From: Octopus vulgaris
Taxonomy: Eukaryota
NCBI GenBank assembly: GCA_951406725.2
Contig: OX597814.1
Span: 72,788,001-72,852,000 of the forward strand
DNA: 64,000 nt
Direction: 5' to 3'
Positions 49,581 through 63,145 of this stretch are shown piece by piece (the stretch's first letter is position 1; each line of letters starts with the position of its first letter). Below the pieces are notes generated by a model. The model was not told the DNA's origin. It made no database searches and worked only from the letters and a program-made list of their open reading frames with translations. Made by a program: the position numbers and the translations under genes.

Positions 49581-51946
49581 GCTATATATATATATATATA
49601 GTTCTATTTTGAAAAGCTTAGACTTTGTGGTGTCCTTCAACTTGCTGTTACTATTTTTGTGACCGTAGTGCAGCAAAACTTAAAACATTGACTGTTTTTT
49701 TTTCTTTCTATTTTATTTTGACAAAAGAAAACTAATATACCTGGTTGAATTACTGTTTTACCTTGAGGTTTTTCTTTTTAACTGGAACTTTATTGCTGGT
49801 TAAGTTTTGTCAAGTTGCTCTGGTGTGGGTTATCAATTATACAGATATAGAAGTTGTAGGTATGAGAAAATTAACTTTGTTTTATGACTTCACCTAAAAT
49901 AAATGCTTTTTTTTTAGAATGAGAACTTCATCTGTAGGATATTGTGATAGTAAGAATATACTTAACACCATTCATTAAACAAATTTGAAGGTTATAACAA
50001 ATATAATATTGAGTTCTCATTTTGATTCCATTTGAAAGGCCACAGTTTGATATACTCTAAAAAAATAATCTAAATCTATAATTTAAAAAACTTCAACTGG
50101 TATGGCCAGTTATCATGGCTAGGATGTGGAGCCCTAATCATTATAGAGCACATATTGATTTCTTTCTTTTATCATATTATTATTAGTTTTAGATCTCTTT
50201 TGTTAGGGAATTTATTTCAACCCTGCATGTAGGTGATACTTAAACAGTAACATTATAAGATTTGAGCTCTGAATGTTAGAGTAATACAAATTGCTATACT
50301 TTATATTGTTCCAGCTATGTTTCTGGAATATAACCTGTTTTATAACTGGGAATATTCATATTTTTTTTATTTATAGAACTTTTTTAAAATCTTTTTTTTT
50401 TTCACACAAATCTACATAAAACAAACTTAACAACCTGTGGGTAGAAGCATTTATCCAATCCATCATAAAAGTGAATTTCTTTTCTCTTTGGTAATTGTTT
50501 TTCAAAATAACAAATATTGGTAATAAAATGTGAGTTACAATTTCAGTTTTGTGACTACATTAATATTTAACATTCCTTTGTATAGTAATGTAATTTTAAA
50601 GTAGAACTGTTATTTGGAAAGAAATATTGATTCTGTTGTTGTTTGAAACTAAAATATTTACCATATACCCTACCTTTATTTGTAAGCGCATCTATTAAAA
50701 AAAATGGGATTGTCTACTACAATAGAAATGGAAGTTTACCTGTTTACTACCTGACCAATGCACCTTGTCACTTCTTGTGTGTACACCACTCCCTACTCAT
50801 TTACCAAGAGATATTGAAACCATTTCCTTGTATAGTAGGTTTAACAAAATGAAGCAGGAGTTTATTAGAAAAGATAATATCCACACATATTGAACTAAAT
50901 TGACCTACTAGTAGCAGCTACATATACTTGCTATGGCCTTTTAAAATAGAACAATAAGATATTTTTATACTCAAGCTGTCTTGTTAAAAAATGTTTGTCA
51001 CATTCTAGTTAAATAGTTAAAAGTATATTTTGCTGTAAAATTTTTCCTACAATAATTTCACCTATGCTAATGTCAAAAACAGAACTACCCATATCTGGGT
51101 TAGGAGTTTCATTTACTAATTGAAGTGATTCTTATCCACTTATCAAGCATCAATACACTGTAACAGTAGAATCCTGCCAATGACCTTTTAGTTATGTAGA
51201 TTTTGGTCAGCACTAGTTTATCAGGTTCATGTATGTAGTTAGTTGTTTGACTAACTGGATACAATCCATCAGATTCTGTGCTCTAGATGCCTCCTATCTG
51301 CTGGAGGACCACATTGCACACTCACATACAATAGTTTATTGCAGTCTGAGTATGTTGTCTCATTTGTTATTTAGCTGCTTGGTGGTTCTGATTATACCTG
51401 ATGTGTGCAAAATACTCATTTGTACAGATTTTCTATTTTTCTGCACATAACATTCCAGTAGAATGTTTTTGACTAATGAGGGTAGTAAGTACACATTGTA
51501 GAATTAACTGGACAAGGTTGTATCAAACTATATATGTAATCCAGTTTCAATTCCCAATCAAAAATGTTTTACTTCCTCAGTTTTCTACTGATAGTCAAAA
51601 TTTATAGATGTGCCTTTAGTTCTAAGTAATTTCATTTGCTGATGTATACATTGCTTCTGCATATAAGGTCCAGAATTCTTCAAGATATCTTTCCTGCTGT
51701 AGTTTGCTGGTTATCATTAACTTTATTTCAGCTGGAAAAAAAAAACTTTTGTGCTTTGAGTAAAGTTACTATTATTTGATGGTAAATCTGGCTGTAGAAA
51801 GATATATTTTGATAAGACCATATATTATTTGCTTACCAAGTAAAATCTCTCCTTGTCCAGACATGTTTTCAGGGAAGACTTCAGCTGTAGCTGTGTGTGA
51901 ATGTACAAATCCTTCAATTTTGAAGGAAGATGTACACAAGTAAATA

Positions 51947-52295
51947 GGTACAGGCATGGCTGTGTAGAAAGAAATTTGTCTTCCAACCTTTTGATTCCAG
52001 GTTCAGTCCCACTGCATGGCACCTTGGGCAAGTATCTTCTACTCTAGTCACAGACTGACTAAAGCCATGTGGGTGGATTTGCTAGACAAACTAAAAGAAA
52101 CTCATCATGTGTGGGTTTGTATTTGTCCCCTACCACTGCTTGACAACCAGTGTTGGTGTGTTTCATCCCTATGACTTAGCAGTTTGGCCAAAGATCATCA
52201 ATAGAACAAGTACCAGGGTTGACTTGTTTCACTAAAATCTTTCAAGCTGATGCACCAACATGACCATAGTCTAATGTCTGAAACAAGAAAAAGAA
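51947..52295 (+). mobile_element. tRNA-derived SINE
   Basis: Same head, body and tail as 48543-48960. Confidence 0.85.
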
Positions 52296-52356
52296 AAAAA
52301 TGAAAGTGATAAGGTAAATTTCTAATCTGCAGTTTTATAAGTCTTGTTTTTCTTAA

Positions 52357-52560
52357 CCCTTTAGCATTTAAACTGGCCCCAAAATCTTACTTGTTTTATG
52401 TTCATGCTGACTAAATCCAGCCTCTCACACTTACTCTGTTATTCTAAAAATAAATAGTCACTTCACTGAAATCTCAAAGCAATGAAGTAACGCATGATCA
52501 ATTCAAAACAATAATGTGAATAAATGTTATATTTGAAAGAATAACCTGAACACTAAATGG
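52357..52560. mobile_element. piggyBac-type MITE
   Basis: TTAA|CCCTTTAGCATT .. CACTAAATGG|TTAA. Confidence 0.7.
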
Positions 52561-52889
52561 TTAATGTTCCATGTTTGATCAAACAAAATAGTTTAAAAAA
52601 TACGGTGCATCAGCATGGCCGCAGCTCTGAGCTGAAACTTAAAAAAAAAAAAAAAAAAAGAGAATTCTGAAGCAATGCAAATCTAAGGAGAGACAAGTGA
52701 GAAAAACATTTAGTATACAATAATAAGTAGTAGTTGGTGAGATGGAAGGAAGTAAGCTTGAGTGCTTCTAGGTAGGTGTAAAAAGGAGTAGTCTAGAATT
52801 TAGGTTAGTGAATGTTTTCCTATCAGGCAGGTGAATTACTTTGGATGTAATTTAGGAACAAGTGTATTAGGTCAGCACTAAATATGTAA

Positions 52890-54474
52890 TCTCTCTATAT
52901 ATAAAACTGAGAATGTGTGTCTGTGTGTTTCCCTAAAACTTGAGAACTACACAATCAATTTCATTCAAATTTTGCACATGCCTTACTTAAGGTCCACGTA
53001 GTTTCATGGGCAAAAAAATGTTCAACTTCTTGCCTAGGGCGAGCCCATAGCAATATCATATCTTCTCCACTATTTCAGTATTACATGTTAAAAGTGAAAC
53101 AAAAACATCTCTCTATTTTATGTCAGATACTGTCACTTTAACAATAAAAATTAGAGATAATAATAAGTTGAATTATATGTAGTAAGTAATAATTAAAATC
53201 AATATAATAAAATTGTAACATAACAATTAAAAGTAAAAATAGCAATTGGTATAAAATTGCATCAATGACTTGAACTTAAATAAGTGGTTTCACATGAATG
53301 GGAATAAATAATAAATAAAATTTAAGTACAGAAATGGAATAGTCCAGATGGAGCTGTGCACATACCTTTTACCATGGCTTTTACATTAGATTATCTGCTA
53401 ATTAGCTAGCATTAAGTATCTATGTGAAGTTTGGCTGTATGTAATGTCTGTTTTCTTGAACTACTGAGTACTGCTGTTGGTTTATTTCTGATCCATAAAG
53501 GACTATAGCTTCAACTGAGTGCTGCTTTTTGATTCACTGTAAGGTTTGTTGTTATTATTATTACTGTTTAACTATTGTTATCACGTTTGTTGGTTCCTCG
53601 TAAGGGAAGCGTTGTTGTGTTGCATTTGTTAAATAATTGTAAACCGTAACCCTCCCCCTTTGGGAGAAGGAGCTTTGGTTATTGTTTAAAAATTGAATTG
53701 TGTCCCTGTTTGGGGAAATTGACAATATTTTCACTGTTTATACAGAAGCATTTTTGTTAAAATGTCTTCGATAGAAGAAAGTCCAAAAATGAATTTCGCT
53801 GCAGCCGTCGGCGGGCGCGAACTCATTAAAATTAAAATGGAAGAAATACAAACCTATTTCGGATTGATCACTGACAAAGACGGTGAATCTAGGATAATAC
53901 CACCAAACGAAATAAAAAATAAAATCAAGGAAAAGACTATTGTCTATAAAGTATACAATGTAGAGAAAAAAAAGATTTGAACACCTGGAGGAAAGCACCA
54001 TTGAAAAGTATCTTGGTGTGACTATGAAAGATATCAAGTATCTAACCAGAGGCGGTAAATTCGCCACAATAGAAGCAAGGTTCGAGTCAACGGAGCGTGC
54101 AAGGGAGTACTCGATTCGAACCTTGCAAAGTGGAAATATTTTATTTTTACCTTTATATCTGGGAAGTAGGACGTCCCGGATAAAAATTAAAAATGTCCCC
54201 CCAGAATAGAGGTAGGCTGGATTGTAGCCACACTTCTATACAAGAGGGAGGACAAGATACAATTGATCGAAATTGCAAGAGACGGGCCTACAATTCCAGT
54301 CTGTTATATATTTTGAGTATTGTTATCATTAGCGATATCAAGATATAACTTTGTATTTTGTATTTTATGTGTAGATGTATATATATAGATGTACACATAT
54401 ATATATATATATATATACACATATATACATGCATTAGCACTATGACCTGGCGTTGCCGGGTCATAGTGCTAATA
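52890..54474 (+). mobile_element. Non-autonomous Helitron-like element (extent uncertain) enclosing a LINE ORF1 fragment
   Basis: 5' end A|TCTCTCTATATATAAAAC..TGTGTCTGT; 3' hairpin resembling CCGG..GCCGGG..TGCTA; similar architecture to 58206-58601. Confidence 0.5.
53762..54300 (+). pseudogene. LINE ORF1-like (L1/Tx1-type) N-terminal fragment
   Basis: MSS...NFAAAV and the RRM-like RIKIKNVPPE; frameshift at about 53975 and stop at 54207. Confidence 0.55.
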
Positions 54475-56069
54475 CTTTAGTATAGTTTTCTTGCTGTGTA
54501 CTCTTAGACCAGTTCCCAACAAGCAGACCTATGGTCAATGAATTTTTAGCTGTGACCATTCTGTAGTAAATCTAGGACTATTGTGTTTTTTCTTTTGAAG
54601 ACAACCTATTGTGATTTGAAGGAAAGCTAGCTGCTATTTCTTGCAAGTCATGCTCCCTTGCTGGTTTGAAGTTTTGTGGTTACCTTAAGAAGTAAGACAA
54701 AAAAGAAGTTCTTGTACAGAAATAGTTTTCGAATGTAACATCAACATCCATTTGTTTTCATGTAGTGAATTCATACTATTCTGTTTGTATGATTGATATA
54801 AACATTATTAACTCATTTCTGTTAGTTGGATTTGTTATTTATTCCCAGGCCAGCCCTGCTTGAGTACATGTATGATCAAAGGTATTGTAACCATTTCATT
54901 ATGTCACAATATATGCAATCATTATCAGAATTGTTTGCTTTCTGTAGAGTGAAAACCTTAGATTACCATCTTGGTTTTCCTTTTTTCCATTCATTTTCTC
55001 TAATAGTAACAATGGTCTCAATAACTTTTTCTAATAATATTCCCAAGATATTTTAGTTTTCTCTCTTTGATGATGTCTAATGAAACTTTATTAGTCTTGT
55101 CAATTGAAGGTATCTAATATAATTCCTTATGTAAGAAAGTAAGGTGTAATTTGAGATAAATTTTGTTGTCATTTCTAGCAGGTTAAGTGTCTCTCATGAG
55201 CTGGATTTTATCTTGTATTTGAGTATGGCCAAATGTTTTTGATATAATTAAGAACATTAGCTCTTGGATATTTGCTGTGATGTGGTTAAAAACAATACAA
55301 CAGAGCAAGGCAAAGTGACAAAATAACAGGGAAAGAGAGACTATCGTATTTAATTTTAAAATATGCTTCAAGTTTTATTACAAACCATTAAAACAGTTAC
55401 TGCATCATAAATGAAACTCTACAAACTTTAAACTTTGAAGTTTCCTCTTTAACAACAAAGATTTCCCATTCCATTATCATCAGCAGTGACCTCAAAGATT
55501 AACGATTTTTGACTTGCTCAGTACTTATGTATATCAATAACACTTGTTTTTCTTTAGTGTAGCACTGTTTAGTATTGAGAATAATTCAATACTGAAAATG
55601 TTGAATAAACTAGTTCACTTAACCTATACAGCAACAGCTGTTTTCCTCTTATGACTCATGTCAAGTCTATATTGTTAGAATCACTGTCATATCTCGATCA
55701 TAGCAACTGTATCTTTGTTGTGCAACCATCAGTAGAACATCTGCAATCAATATAGAAACAGCAGGTGATGCAATAAATACTTCACCTTTGTGTGAACAGT
55801 ATTGTATCTCATTTCTAATATGGATATTAGATTGGAGATTCTGCAAATAGATGATAGTACCTTTTTCATTGATTTTCTCTTTAAAAGCATAATTATTAGT
55901 TACATTTTTATCCAGTGAATTCAGACCTCCTTAATAGTCAACTTTGTTTCATCCTTCTAGATTGGGGTAAGTTCCAGTCAAGTACTGAGATTGATTACAT
56001 TTCTCAAAGTATTTGTACTATCCCTCAAAGTATTTTTCCTGTGTCTAAGTCTGTTGTTGTTGTTGTTAA

Positions 56070-56505
56070 GGTGACATGCTGGGCAAAATGCTTAGTGGAA
56101 GTTCGTCCATGTTTACATTCTGTGTTCAAATTCTGCTGAGGTTGACTTTACCTCTCATCCCTTCAGGGTTGATGAAATCAGCACTAGTTGAACACTGGGA
56201 TCGATCTAATCAATTTATCCCTTCCTTGAAATTACTGGCCTTATGCCAAAGTTTGAAACCATTATTGTTGTTGAAATAGTAGATTGACAGAATCAGTAAA
56301 GCACTGATTCTTTATCAGTAAGATAAAATGCCTTGCAGTATTTGGTCTAATTTTACAATTCTGACTTCAAATTCCACTGAGGCCAACTTTGCCTTTCATC
56401 CATCTGGGGTTGATGAAGTACCCAGTCTAATACCTGGTTCAGGGTAATTGTCTTAACCCAACCCCTTCCTTCAAAATTTCCAGCATTGTGCTTATGTTAG
56501 AAATA
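56070..56505 (+). mobile_element. Two tandem decayed SINEs (Meta-like family)
   Basis: TTCAAATTC..CTGAGG...ACTTT.CCT.TCATCC....GGGTTGATGAA occurs twice (about 56125 and 56366). Confidence 0.7.
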
Positions 56506-58205
56506 ATGATTATTTTTATAGTTCATTTGCTTAAATGCTATTTATTGGTATGATTTGCTCTGTGGTTTCAGTGGCTGTTCACTGTTGCCTTGGCAGTAAA
56601 TCCATTTAAGAGGCTAAAGATTAACCTATTTATTTTTTTAACCATAAAATCCATCTACAAAACAATCTGTATTGTTAATCCATCCTACCTTTTTCTCTCG
56701 TATATAACTAAAATATTGCTTTCTCTTGAATAAATTCATTGTCTCTAGATGATTTTAGTTATTTCTTCCATCTGATCCACAAAATGTAAGGAAATAGTAA
56801 CTTGACCTCACCATTTGTTACTCTTATCTATTTTTTATTTTTTAAATATCATAGGCTGAGATATTTTGACTTTCAAATTGTCCTTCAGCCTCTGTAGTAA
56901 GGTGTCTTCAGTTTATTAGGACATCTTTTATTTTCTGAGTTATTGCACTGAAGATTCTGAAGGAAAATATTTATTTCTAACTTAATGGAATTGTAAGGAA
57001 ATTTAGTCAGTAGAATGAACATCAGTTTATGACTGTTATTTATTTTTGATTACATACAGAAAGTAGACTCTTGCAGAATAGACTGAACCCCTCTCCCTCA
57101 GAATATCTGGCTGCGTACCTAAATTAGAAATAATAATTACTACTTTTATAGCTCATTTACTTAAATACTGTAAGGTTTCTTCATGTGTTCAGTTATTTTG
57201 ACAGTGAAGCCATTTGAGATGCTAAAGAGCATGAGACTATTTCATAGTATTTAGTCCAGCACTCAGCCACTTTTGCCATTCCATTGTCCTTGTTTGGAGT
57301 AGAAATTACAATTTGTTTGCATGATGGTAAATACTTTAGATTTACTCTAAAGCAAAACTCACTGTATGTGTTTCCCACAGAAGTATTTTATGGTTTGTTT
57401 CTGAAAGAGTTACATTTTTCATCTAATGTGGGATTGCTGCCAGCAACCATAAATTTGGTATGTAGTGAAGGAGATAAAATTATGAAAAGAATTTTTATTT
57501 TTATGTTTAATAGTCTTGATTAGCATTGCTTAGAAGACTTGTAGCACTGTAATTGTCAATATCATGCATTTGATCAATGTTTAAAGCAGTGATTTTCTTA
57601 TCTTTAATATGAAGCTGGCTTTTCTAAGATTTAGAAACTAGAATGTTCTTACTTTAAAGTGAAAGGATTAAATTGAGGGAGATTTGGCTGGTTCGTTTTA
57701 GTAGGTTGAGAAACTACACAGAAATTTCTTCTTGAAAAAACCTATAATATATTGTTGACTCTGTACTGTAAGAAGTTAAACTTTAAATATGTTACATCTA
57801 ATAGCTGAATGTTTCTCCTTTTTCAAAAATATTTCCGCTACAAAGCAACAAGGGAACTGTTTTGTGATTGCTGAACTTTTAGAAATACCTGCCTAATCTC
57901 CTTCAAATTATATCTACTGTCATAAAAAATGTAGTCCTTGATACAGTGTCTGGAAAAAAAAGTGGGACAGGCATGGTTGAGATGGCTTTCATCATAAATC
58001 TGTTTGATCAGAACTGGGTGGCTGTGAAACAAGGTCTTCTCAGTATTTATTATGTCTAACATAACTGATTAGATAAGAGTACTCGTTAGCAATGACATAG
58101 ATGTCACTTTTGATTTCTTTAATTGTTACTAGTACATGCCCTAAAATATAGGTATATAATTCAAGAAAAATAAAGAAAGGTAAAACAATGCTGAATTAAA
58201 AGAAA

Positions 58206-58601
58206 TCTTTATTTATAAAAGTGAGGTTGTATGCTGTCTGTCTCCTACGATTTAGATTCCTAACTACTTCCACATTTTGTGGTGCAGTTTAACCAAAACC
58301 GGGTATCTTATAGTCGTGATTCATATCGAGCCCTTCTGGGTATTAGCGCACGTCTACGATGAGTCTACGATTTAAAAAAAAATTTACCATAAATTTTTCC
58401 CATTTTAAATGCATTTTTGGCATGTATAAGGGAAGTAACTCCCTAAAAATTTTTTATTAAATCTCAGAACGTAAAAAGCTACAGTAACACCCCACCTTTG
58501 TGGTTAGCCATATTGAGATGGCTATTATACTTTACATCTCTAAAAATGCTTATATAGTTATTTCCCTTACAAACCCAAGCAACGCTGGGCGATACTGCTA
58601 G
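58206..58601 (+). mobile_element. Non-autonomous Helitron
   Basis: A|TC 5' end; 3' hairpin CCCAAGCAACGCTGGG followed by CTAG|T; no TSD. Confidence 0.8.
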
Positions 58602-59823
58602 TACTTAATAGATCAAAATACTTATTAGTTTTTACTTCTTTATACATTATATACAACATTCCTCAATCAGGAAATTTTGACAATCAGTCTTTGCATAGAC
58701 AACATTTTTTATGAACTCAGTATTTTCTAATTGTCTTGATGTGAAGACAATTCAGCTATTATGTTATTATATTGATGAGTTTTTGTTGATGGCAACAATT
58801 AAAATCATACCAAAGTGAAATGAGTTATTTATTATTCTTACACCTGAGTAGATATGAAACACCATAAACCACATAATTAAAAATAAAAAAACAACAAAAT
58901 TACTTGGTAGCTTAGTTCTCTCAACACTTGATTCCTTCCTTACTTGTGTCCTCACTATCTACTTACAGTCCCAGTTTCTCCCAAACTCAAACTATTTCTA
59001 CACACATTTGATCATACCTTCTCCTTAATACATTTCCATTCCAACTTAGCAGGAACTTTCTTTCCATCATTTTTATCACTTTGCTTTCTAAGCAGAAACT
59101 GTTTAAATGAAACAATAACTGATAGATTTTTTTTTACTAATCTTTCCCTCAAACTTACTATTATACCATGATAGAATTGTACATAAAATAAGCTGTACTT
59201 CATTCACTTAAATTAGTTCACTATGTTCTGATATTGCCGATAATTCTAGGAGTAAATGATAGGGTTTTATTTATCTTGTGTATAATTATATCTGGTTCAT
59301 AGTATATAACCATTATCTCCACTTCAAATGTCACAGCAACAACTGAAATGTTGTTTTAATCACATTCTTCTGCAATCACTGATATCATGTGGGTGCTGTT
59401 TGGTGTATTTCTTCCTTACCTTCATGTTCTCTCTTTTTTACACAAGTTTCTAGGTATGTGAGTGTTAACTAGCATTTTCAGTTCACTTATAGTGTATCAT
59501 TATGTATATAGATTCAAATATTACCCTTTCTGTTCTTAGTTATGAGTCAGTGAAAAATATTATCATTCACTGTCCTACACTAAGTTTATCTACATATTTA
59601 GTAAGTTTTTTTTGTATATTTATTTCCACTGAAAGAGTTGATAATGATTAGTCAAGGTTACAAGTAATATTACTGCCCACTCTTTTTTACATTAGTCAAC
59701 AACATTAATAATAATTGCAATGCCTAATGAGATAATATCATCAGACTGTATTCTTTCTTCAGTAATTATTCTTATGCTTAAGGTGGGTTTTGTGTTACTC
59801 CCTTACTCTTTTTTTCTTATAAT

Positions 59824-60424
59824 GGTGCAGGCATGGCTGTGTGGTAAGAAGCTTGCTTCCTTCCCAACCACATGGTTCCTAGTTTAGTTCCACTGTGTTG
59901 GCACCTCAGGCAAGTGTCTTCGACTATAGCCTTGGGCCGACCAAAGCCTTGTGAGTGGATTTGGTTGACGGAAACTGAAAGAAGCTAATTATGTGTGTGT
60001 GTCTTGTTTTGTAATGGAACTCACCTTGTGGGTGGGGTTCAGCTGGCTGCTATTGTGAGTTCATAGGAGTTTCAAGGGATGATCAGAATCTGTGAAAACA
60101 GTTCCCATCTGTATTCATAAACCACCATACATGACTGGTGGCAAGTTGTCCTTCTGTCATGCCTTCTCGCCACAGGATCCTTGCAGATGTGATCCAACAC
60201 CACCAGGAAGCCCTGTGTGTCTGTGTTTGTCTCTCACCACTGATTGATAACCGGTATTGGTGTGTCTACATCCCCATAACTTAGTGGTTTGGCAAAAGAG
60301 ACTGATAGAATAAGTACCAGGCTTAAAAAGAAAATAAGTGCTGGGGTCAATTAGTTTGACTAAAATTCCTCAAGGCAGTGCTCCAGCATCGCCACAGTCT
60401 AATGACTGAAACACGTAAAAGATA
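59824..60424 (+). mobile_element. tRNA-derived SINE with ~200-bp insertion
   Basis: Same family as 48543-48960; unrelated sequence at about 60010-60213. Confidence 0.85.
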
Positions 60425-61102
60425 ATGCTTTACTAAATAATGTCTATTCCACTTGAAAATATTAAATAGTTATCAGAAAATATCAAATTTGCCAGACCAT
60501 ATTGCAGTCTCATCTCTACTACCCTTCATTTTGTAACCTTTTTTTTATTTGACAACTTCTCAGACTAATAACATACTTTTTAAATAGTTATTAAACTTGA
60601 GGTGATTGTGAGTTCTTTCTTGCTACCTAGGGTATTATTATTTATTATTCACTTAGATCCTGTGTCAAAATATTTTCAATTGTGATCTCTATTTATAAAC
60701 AATATTGCCACTTTAGCCTTTGTCATCAAACTCTGATCTGTATATTTATAAACAATATTCTCTATTTTAGCTTTTTCTATTAAAACCAGTCAATCACGAG
60801 AAGTGTTGAACTCATTTCAGCATCATTCTTTCTATGATTCCAATTAAAAAAGATTTACCTCAACTTTGCAAAATCAAAAATGTTTCAGTGCTTCCTCAGA
60901 ACCCAAAGAGAATTTATTAATTGCATGCAATCTCAAAATATTTAACGTTTTCCTTAACTGACCTTGCATAAGTATTATAAAGAACAATTTTTATGAAAGT
61001 TGGGTTAGTGTGAACCCCTGTTCTTTGTTAGAAGGTTAAATATTTTAGTGTGTGTGTGTGTACATGCACACGTGTGTGTGTGTGTGTGTGTGTGTATGCT
61101 GA

Positions 61103-61336
61103 GATCCCCTTTGGTCATGACGGACCATGGGATTGCACCTAGATAGTTACCCTCCCAGGCACAAGTCCAGGCAAGGTTGTTTTATGGAAGACCAGCAGTC
61201 GTCTGTGCATATTGGCCTCCCTTCTCTATGCCACCAGTGTTATCCAAGGGAAAGGCAAAGGCTGATACAGCTTGGCACCCGGTCCGGGATTTGAACTCAC
61301 AACCTCACAATTGTAAGCTCGATGCTCTAACCACTG
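61103..61336 (-). mobile_element. tRNA-derived SINE (separate family)
   Basis: Minus-strand tRNA-like head CAGTGGTTAGAGCATCGAGCTTACAA..GAGTTCAAATCCCGG followed by a non-tRNA body. Confidence 0.7.
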
Positions 61337-61479
61337 TGTAGACAATGCTGCAGTGCATGCCCAAATGCCCCAGGCTTAATGGCAGTAGTAAACATGATTA
61401 TTCTTGCTCCCTGGAGACGAGATACGGCTGGTTTTATAGCATGACAGTTTAGTCCTAACTACCCCCAAAGGATATCCCA

Positions 61480-63145
61480 CCTCATATAAATGGAGAAAGT
61501 AGCCCTCTGGATTTCCTTTCCCTGTTTTGGGATGATGTGCTTTGAAACATTTTGGCCAGAGAAAGTAATAAGAATTCCACACATGTCAAGGCTGCTAAGT
61601 CCAATGTGCTACAAAAAAAAAATGGTATGACATGATAGTAAAAGAGATGATGGCCTTCTTTGGTTGTAGAGTTGCCATAGAGATGTTAGTTCATAAGGAT
61701 AGGGATGATCAATACTGGTGTACAGAAGGCGGCTTTTTGACATCAACTCCAGGATTTGGGCAGGTCATGGTAAGGGACAGGTTTTAGCTATATGGTCAAT
61801 GTTACACTGTGTTGATGAGGATGATCCTAATGTAAATAAGACAAAATATACAAACCACAGCTAATTATTGATTATATCTTGCCATGGTTTCAAAAACATT
61901 TTGTGCTTGAATGTGAGTTATCTTTAGATGAAGGCATGATTCCAACCAAAAACGCCTTATCCATAAAGCAATACATCAGACAAACCCATCTATTAGGTTT
62001 AGACATTCTTGCTAACAGACAGTGCAAGTGGTTACATTGTGAATGCTGAAGTGTACACTGGATGCTCGAGCAGTTGATAATTTGGGTGTCGTAGGGAATC
62101 TCGTAGTGCAAATGACAGAGTGGGTATCAGGCCCAGAACTATTCACTATTCATGGACAGATTTTATTCATCAGTTGAGCTTGCAGAATATTTATTGGATA
62201 AAGGCATAGGATTATGCGGACCAGCTTTGATCAACAGAAGGTCTTTCCCAAGTCTCTCAAAAGAACTAACATGTAAATTCAAAAAGGGGAATCAGTGGTT
62301 CTGTTCAGTGGGAATGTTGCAGTGATGGTATAGATGGACAAATGCCCCATATATTTTGTTTTGTCAATTTATGTGGATTCACCCATGACCTTATTCACTA
62401 GATATGATCGTAATGCACACAGAAAGGTACCTGTCCCCTGTCCGATAGCAGTGAAGAGTTACAATAACTTCATGGGAGGAAAAGACAAAAATGACTAAAT
62501 GACGTGCCTGCAAAAATGTCAATGCCATTACAAATGACCATGCCAATTAGTGATGAAGTTCTTTATGTGGATATCATATAATGCCTATGTTTTGCAGGAA
62601 TTTCACAAACCTCATGTCTAGCCCAACAAAAAAACCTTCACATTCCATGCTTTCTTGGATAAACTTTGTCATGAACTAATTGGTGATGTGAGGGTCGACA
62701 TGGTCATCCAGCAACTACAAAGGATTGTTTGGTTGACGTTGGATTGCATGAGGTGGAACAAGCTGAACATGCAACCACAAACAATCGTGCTGTGTGCATG
62801 GAGAAACATAGGTAGGCTAAGAGAGCAAATACTAATGCTCAGTATAAGGACTTGCCAAAACAAAGACTATTTTCTGGTGTAACCACTGCAAAGTTTTCCT
62901 CTGTATTAGGAAACCAGGATCAAACTGCTGGCATGATTGGCACAAAAAAGTGCAGTATTGGAGCTAAATTAGTGAAAAAAGACTTGAACGTCTTGTATTC
63001 TACCATATTTTACTATTTTGTATCCTTGTATTGTGAACAAAGCATGTCTTTCAGCATATCTCCTAAAATAAAAAAATTTCAGTGAAATTCACTGGGAGCT
63101 TAGGGTGGTGCATTCAATTCTTGTGGGTGGTTAGAATTCAAAGGG
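61480..63145 (+). mobile_element. piggyBac transposon fossil (PGBD4-like transposase pseudogene plus right end)
   Basis: EMMAFFG, VM.RDRF, LSLDEGMIP.K, IKQYI, SGYI.N.EVYTG, FMDRFYSSVELA and YN.FMGG.D..D, then a C-terminal Cys cluster; ends AAAGGG|TTAA at 63145. Confidence 0.88.

Noticed and set aside
61275-61340. Functional tRNA gene
   Set aside because: The acceptor stem is incomplete and the sequence runs into a SINE body; the same applies to the other tRNA-like heads.
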